NCBI GenBank assembly: GCA_963693365.1
Contig: CAVNZM010000017.1
Span: 186,001-250,000, forward strand
Length of the DNA stretch: 64,000 nucleotides
Source: Amoebidium appalachense
Taxonomy: Eukaryota; Protista; Ichthyosporea
Reading direction: 5' to 3'
Shown here: positions 40,624 to 64,000 of the stretch, one piece after another
How the letters are laid out: each line of letters begins with the position of its first letter
Numbering within the stretch: position 1 is the first letter of the stretch
Notes under the pieces: model-generated
What the model was told of the DNA's origin: nothing
The model's input: the letters and a program-made list of their open reading frames with translations, nothing else
Database searches by the model: none
Program-made: the position numbers and the translations under genes

Positions 40624-41586
40624 ATGTGACGTCAAGGGCGATGAAAACTTCATGTTCGATCACGGCGTAAGCGCCACGGAGCCAAGCCGCCGCCGCATAC
40701 CTGCCGAATGCGGTATTGATGGCGCCGGATAACAAAGTTCGATCTGGTTGGCTACGACTCTTTAGGTTAATTTGATTGGCTCTCCTTTAAAAGCATTTAC
40801 GGTACAATGTCTGCATGATACTTGGCGCAGTCGCTAGCCCCTGGCCACTAAACAATTCTTTTTTATTATTTTCAGAGTCAATCGTAGAATTATATAAGCA
40901 GACTCAATACTCACTAAATATATACTGTTTAATCACTAAATTAGAATGATGTACGATGTTATGTGACATTTTTAGACCGCAATGAATATGCGGAAACAAC
41001 ACCGGGCTGCTGCCGCGGTCACCAATTCACCATTATTTTACTTAGGATATAGGGGGTTTACGCTGTGTACTGGACAACATATATAGGAACCTACACCAAT
41101 CAATGTTCACCATTATATTCAGGTTATGTCCGCACCGAGCCTCTCTGCTTTTCTGAGGTCACCAGGAAAACAAATAGCCATATTTGACTTGTGATACTCT
41201 CTTCCCATTGGACGAATGCAAGTTGGTATGCGGCGGAGCGCCTTGGCTCCGAGAAACCTCAGTGCTGCAGTCACAGCTCTGTGTCTGTGTGTCCTTTGCA
41301 CCCGTAGAGTTACGGCTTTCTACTTGAAATAATACCCATTTTGTTTCTTCTTGTGTTATATTTTTTTACTTTTCTTATTTTTTCTTTCTTTCTTTCTTGT
41401 CGCTCAAGTCTCTCACCACCGCTTTGCATGATCTAGCTTCTCACTACTTTTCACGTTCATGAGCCAGGGCAATTGCAATCACCACCGCCACCACACAACT
41501 CCAACCACAAAGGAAAAGGAGTTTCACTTGGTCTAACGTCTGCTTTGTGTCATAATTGCGGCCGCGGCCACGTGTGGCTACCGAGA

Positions 41587-56108
<14,522 letters not shown>

Positions 56109-56314
56109 ACCACGTGTGTATGTGTGTGTGGGGGGGGGGGGGGGGGGGGGGGGGGAGGAAGGGAAGATACTGCCAATTCGAATGATTCTTTTTGAATCTA
56201 GATCAGAACTTAGATTAGACTAAAATTGGTATGCATCTTAGATGATATTTTCAAAAAGGTTCGGCTTGTATAGGCATGCATGAAAGGATAGATATCCCTT
56301 CCTCGACCCCCCTC

Positions 56315-57483
56315 TGTTGGAGTGCAGACTTACGCTCACTCCACTATATGTGTATGTTAGCTTTACAATTGGTTCCGTGTACATAGACACATGCTGACAC
56401 TCGATCACCACATGCACATCTGCATAGTTGAGGAATGTTGCCAATTGTGTTTTGACTGCAAACGATTGGTTCACTGGTCCCAGAGATATCTAAATGAAAG
56501 TAACCAATCCGATTAGCGCCTGGCATCCGGATTACATTCCAGACTGCTGCCCCACGGGTATATAAGCCACGTCTCTGCCAGGTGCAGACATGGAGTTCAG
56601 TCATGGAGTAAAGACATGGAGTTCAGTCATGGAGTAAAGACATGGAGTTCAGTCATGGAGTTAACACACTGAAAGCAGTAAAAAAACGGGTCAGCGCCCA
56701 AGCGCGCCACGACGAGGGCCTAGTCACAGCGGACTCTACTTCCAACAGGGTTATGGGCCCAGACACGACACCGCGGCCTCTAACTTCACGTCCCCTACGA
56801 CGCCTTGAACGGAGGAGCCCAGAAACCGACTTCTAGGCTGTACCCTACACCCGCGAGCGTATTTCCGTGAAGTAGAGACTTTCGCTTCCACAAACTCCAT
56901 CCGCAGCAGCCTGCGACATCAACGTCAAGTATTCCACTTCATTGGCGGGGCACGCACCACAGTGGAATGCACACCCCGGTCTACCCTGCAAGCAGCCACA
57001 CTCACTCTCTCTTCTCTAGTGGTGTGTACACTTCTCCAATTGGGTAGGGGTGTTGGAGTGCAGACTTACGCTCACTCCACTATATGTGTATGTTAGCTTT
57101 ACAATTGGTTCCGTGTACATAGACACATGCTGACACTCGATCACCACATGCACATCTGCATAGTTGAGGAATGTTGCCAATTGTGTTTTGACTGCAAACG
57201 ATTGGTTCACTGGTCCCAGAGATATCTAAATGAAAGTAACCAATCCGATTAGCGCCTGGCATCCGGATTACATTCCAGACTGCTGCCCCACGGGTATATA
57301 AGCCACGTCTCTGCCAGGTGCAGACATGGAGTTCAGTCATGGAGTAAAGACATGGAGTTCAGTCATGGAGTAAAGACATGGAGTTCAGTCATGGAGTTAA
57401 CACACTGAAAGCAGTAAAAAAACGGGTCAGCGCCCAAGCGCGCCACGACGAGGGCCTAGTCACAGCGGACTCTACTTCCAACA
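56315..57483 (+). mobile_element. Non-autonomous copia-type miniature LTR retrotransposon (TRIM-like), intact
   Basis: Two 433-bp LTRs (56315-56747 and 57051-57483) with TGTTGGA...TCCAACA ends, apparently identical. 5-bp TSD CCCTC at 56310-56314 and 57484-57488. PBS GGTTATGGGCCCAG follows the 5' LTR and a PPT-like GGGTAGGGG precedes the 3' LTR. The 303-bp interior is non-coding. Each LTR has a TATATAA box and a 3x26-bp internal repeat. Confidence 0.95.
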
Positions 57484-58764
57484 CCCTCCCCCCCCCTCCC
57501 CCCCTTCCCCCTCTCCTGCAGCCCCTCTATCTGTTGCCTTGTTTAGGGTGCTCCTAACGACTTGGTATGTATGATCGTGTGATAATATAACTCTGTGATT
57601 ATACATGCTTTTAACTGATTATATATATTTTTAACTCTGTGCAAGACTTTTTTCCATTCTGTTGCAGTTAATCACATTCAGCCCTTTTTTTTTTTTTTTT
57701 TTTTTTAAGGAACTTGGTCCGCGGGGGTTTTCCAGCTTCCTACGTGTACATCTTATAACGCAAGAGAATTCGATGATATTGTGAGCCTACTACCGTTGCC
57801 CGTAACGAATTAATATGAATGCTTTGAATCCTACCCCCCCCCCCCCCCCCCCCCCACCTAAAGTGAGACATGTATTCACTCTCTCCCCCCATCCGTTTGG
57901 GGTTTACACACTATTTTTGTCCCCTCTCTCCCTCTCCCTCTCTCCTTAAGTTTTAATTCTCTTTCTCCCTCTCTCTCTCTCCCCCTCTCCCCCTTCCCCC
58001 TCTCCACCCCCCCACCCCCACCACCATAAAACACCATGCACAGAAACCCGAACTTCGGGCTAAATTTTGACTTAGGTCTAGCTAGGGAAACACAATCTAG
58101 TTGAGATTTTCCTGTGACCTCCCCTCAGCGACAACTACCCCAAAAAACTTGCGATTTATCCACACGGTAGCTGCTGAAAATTCTCTAGAACCACAGGTTA
58201 ACCCTCTAGCCACGCAAAGTGAGACCGCACACCACCAAGCACAGCCCACACTAAGAACAATGCACCCCTATCCGTGCAGGTCTATCTGTTCTCCTGCAGC
58301 CAATCAGAATGCCGTACTAAAAAACCCAATACTTCAACCTGATAGGGTACGGACAGGAGAGGACAGCAAACCAACCAACGGCATTAGCACTTACCTGCAT
58401 ATCCCATTTCCATTGGCTGCCCAAAAGTCTTAGCACACCTTGCTACGGCCGCAAAGATGCTGAGAACTGAGACTGACACACGGTGACCATCTCCAGGTGA
58501 CCATCTCCATCTCTGCACCAGGCATACGTCACCAGACGATAGCACACCCGACCACACGGAGCCTCGGTAGTTTCGTATTGACTTGTGTGTGTTGTCGCTG
58601 AGCGCCCCCCCTCCCCCTCCCCTCCTCCCCCCACCCCCCACCCCCCCCTCGCCCCGGAAGTGGTGTATATGAACATTTTCGATGATCCAAGTGACCGTCG
58701 GTGATGCAAACATGTGCTGTGATTTGGTTGGTTGCATATCACGGCCATATATGCCCATGAGGGG

Positions 58765-61977
<3,213 letters not shown>

Positions 61978-62621
61978 CGGCCCAACATAGCAGACCCTGA
62001 TAACCCCCTCCCCTCTTCCTCAAGTACAAATGTTAGACATCTGTAGTACGATAGGTGGCCCCCCTTCCAAAGTAGCCTGCAATTTTTCCTACACTGGAAG
62101 TTGGATGGTGGTGGTGCCCCCCGGGGGGAGGAGGGGAGGGGAGGGGGAGGGCCTGGGAGCGGGGCGGAGGACTTAAAGAAGGGAGCCACTACATATATAG
62201 ATAGGTCTAGAATCTAGGGGGTTTGCCGGTCCTCGCGACTTCTGTGATAGTTACTTAGTTAATAGGTCGTTAAATAGTACTTACTTAGTTGGCCTTTTGT
62301 TGTGTGTCACGACACTTACATATTCGAGCTGCCACTCAGAAGGCCTCCTGGACTTCCGGGTTAACCGTCACATATGTCCTTGCTCTTGCACCCCCTCTAT
62401 TTATTACCGTATATGGCTACATGAATTTGTTTTCACCTAATCTTGCACAATCAGCCTTTGTTTACATTCCAGTCCGTCTAACCTTTCTGTGCAGCAACAG
62501 CGGCTCCAATTGCAAACTGAGTTTCCACAGATATATATATTTTTTTTCCGTCTCGCTGTTTGAAAACTCAGTGTAATGAGGTGCACCTACACTGTGTTTT
62601 CACCCCCCACAGAGAGTAACC

Positions 62622-63612
62622 ATGGCCAACACGCAAGAGGTTGAGGTGGCGACACGCACCAAGTCGGACTTCATATCGGTGTGTAGTTCTTCTAATTCTC
62701 TTCTGATTCAAAAGTTTCTAGCTCAGTTGGGGCATGGTCATGTTCCAGCCATCCCCCTGTGTGTGTAGTTTGCAACCTTTTCTACCATACACTTATAACT
62801 CAAAGCCCAAATTATTACTACCGCCAAGGAATAGTTACTTTTTTTTTGCTCAACCTCCGCCACTATCTCACCTTGGGCGCCACCAACATGCTCTTCCCTC
62901 CCCCGGGCTTGCTTTTTTCTCACTCTCTGTGTACCAGCCCCCCCTTTCTCTCACAAACATCCCACCCCCCTCCGCTCCCCCCCTCCCCCCTCCCCATCCA
63001 TTCCTTCACTCCCCAACGCTGTAGCCGCCGCCTTCCATCAATCTCCTCGCAGCACCTCAAACCCAGTATTATTTTTCTTTTGTCCCCCCCCCCCCCCCCC
63101 CCCCCCCCCCTCTCCCCCCTCCCCCACTACCACCACCCCGCTGCTTTCCTCCTCGATCCTATGTTCTGGCCCCCGGATCAACCTTATCGCTTTTACGCAA
63201 AAAATACAGCGCTGTCAGCACCGCCTTGCAACGCCACTTTCTCACGTCACCATCTCCTTCCTTCCGTGCCCGCCCCCCCCCCCCCCCCCCCCTCCCCTCT
63301 CCCCCCTCCCCCCTCCCCCTCCCCCCCCCCTCCCCCCCGCCCCCCCTTTCTCCCCCCCCCCCCCCGTCCCCTCGGCCCCTCGTACCCCCCCCCCCCCCTT
63401 CCCCTCCCCCCTCCCCCCTCCCCCCAGCCATTGCGGAGTCCGCTTGCCCCCAAATCTCCCTTCCCCCCGTGAAAGCTCAAGTCTTTTATTTATTTTTAGG
63501 ATTCACGCTCCCACCTGCTATGCATCCAAGCAGGCTGTCACTCACTTTTTTGCGCAAACAGATACCAGACGCCGACCACGGCTTCCCTCTCTCCATGTTT
63601 GCCGTCCCAAAG
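62622..63612 (+). CDS. 5' portion of a probable hypoxanthine-guanine phosphoribosyltransferase (continues beyond the window)
   Basis: Exon 62622-62678 (ACCATGG context; MANTQEVEVATRTKSDFIS) and exon 63562-63612 (IPDADHGFPLSMFAVPK) join in phase 0. This resembles the HPRT N-terminal pattern I.D...G(Y/F).L..F.(I/V)P.HY. Only 36 residues are visible. Confidence 0.55.
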
Positions 63613-64000
63613 GTTACTCCCTGGCCTGCCCCCCTCCCCCCCCCTCCCCCCCCCCCCCCCCCTTTTTGGGCTTCCGCCTTAAACAAGCATCGTGGAACTG
63701 CACAACCCATCTTGTCCCCTTCCTCACGCACAATCTCCCCCCCCCCTCCCCCTCCCCCTCCCCCTTCCCCCCCCCGTCTCCCACAAAAACATGCAATAGG
63801 TCCCCTCTTTCCCTCTCCCCTTTACCTGCCTAACCTCCTCCCCCCTCCCCGCCTCTCCCCCCGCCCCCCTCAAACACACACACACAAACCCATCCCGTTC
63901 TCTGGATCTTTTTCCCTTTCTCTAGCTGTTGTGCCGCTTGCTATAAGGATACAACATGCCCTCCCCCCCCCCCCCCCCCCCCACACCACCACACACACAC

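Noticed and set aside
58100-58760. Short non-repetitive ORFs on both strands with a minus-strand donor near 58394
   Set aside because: No recognisable homology and no consistent exon chain.

Overview
This is eukaryotic, intron-rich DNA saturated with (CA/GT)n, (GA)n and poly-C/poly-G tracts. The gene content suggests a unicellular opisthokont or holozoan-like organism (inference only). Almost all entries in the ORF track are translations of simple repeats. By splicing GT-AG exons by hand I reconstructed four complete + strand genes: a mitochondrial 'embryogenesis-like' family protein, an MPPED1/2-type metallophosphoesterase with a 15-nt catalytic microexon, a SYAP1-like BSD protein and a 20-exon CCX/NCLX-type cation/Ca2+ exchanger. 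There is also an intronless basic ORF, the 5' end of a probable HPRT, an unidentified spliced minus-strand gene and a tRNA-Pro(AGG). Mobile DNA includes a 5'-truncated LINE (APE+RT) ending directly in (CA)n, an intact non-autonomous copia-type mini LTR element (TRIM), and a 3.2-kb element bounded by CACTA/Transib-like inverted repeats. The two most unusual observations are (1) a non-coding, hairpin-rich retroposon-like family whose copies end at the same point before poly-C, with one ~890-bp terminally redundant copy, and (2) splicing architecture: several introns have complementary microsatellites at opposite ends, and several acceptors lack a polypyrimidine tract but share a CTGATTGG motif. 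All calls were made by eye; no searches were run.
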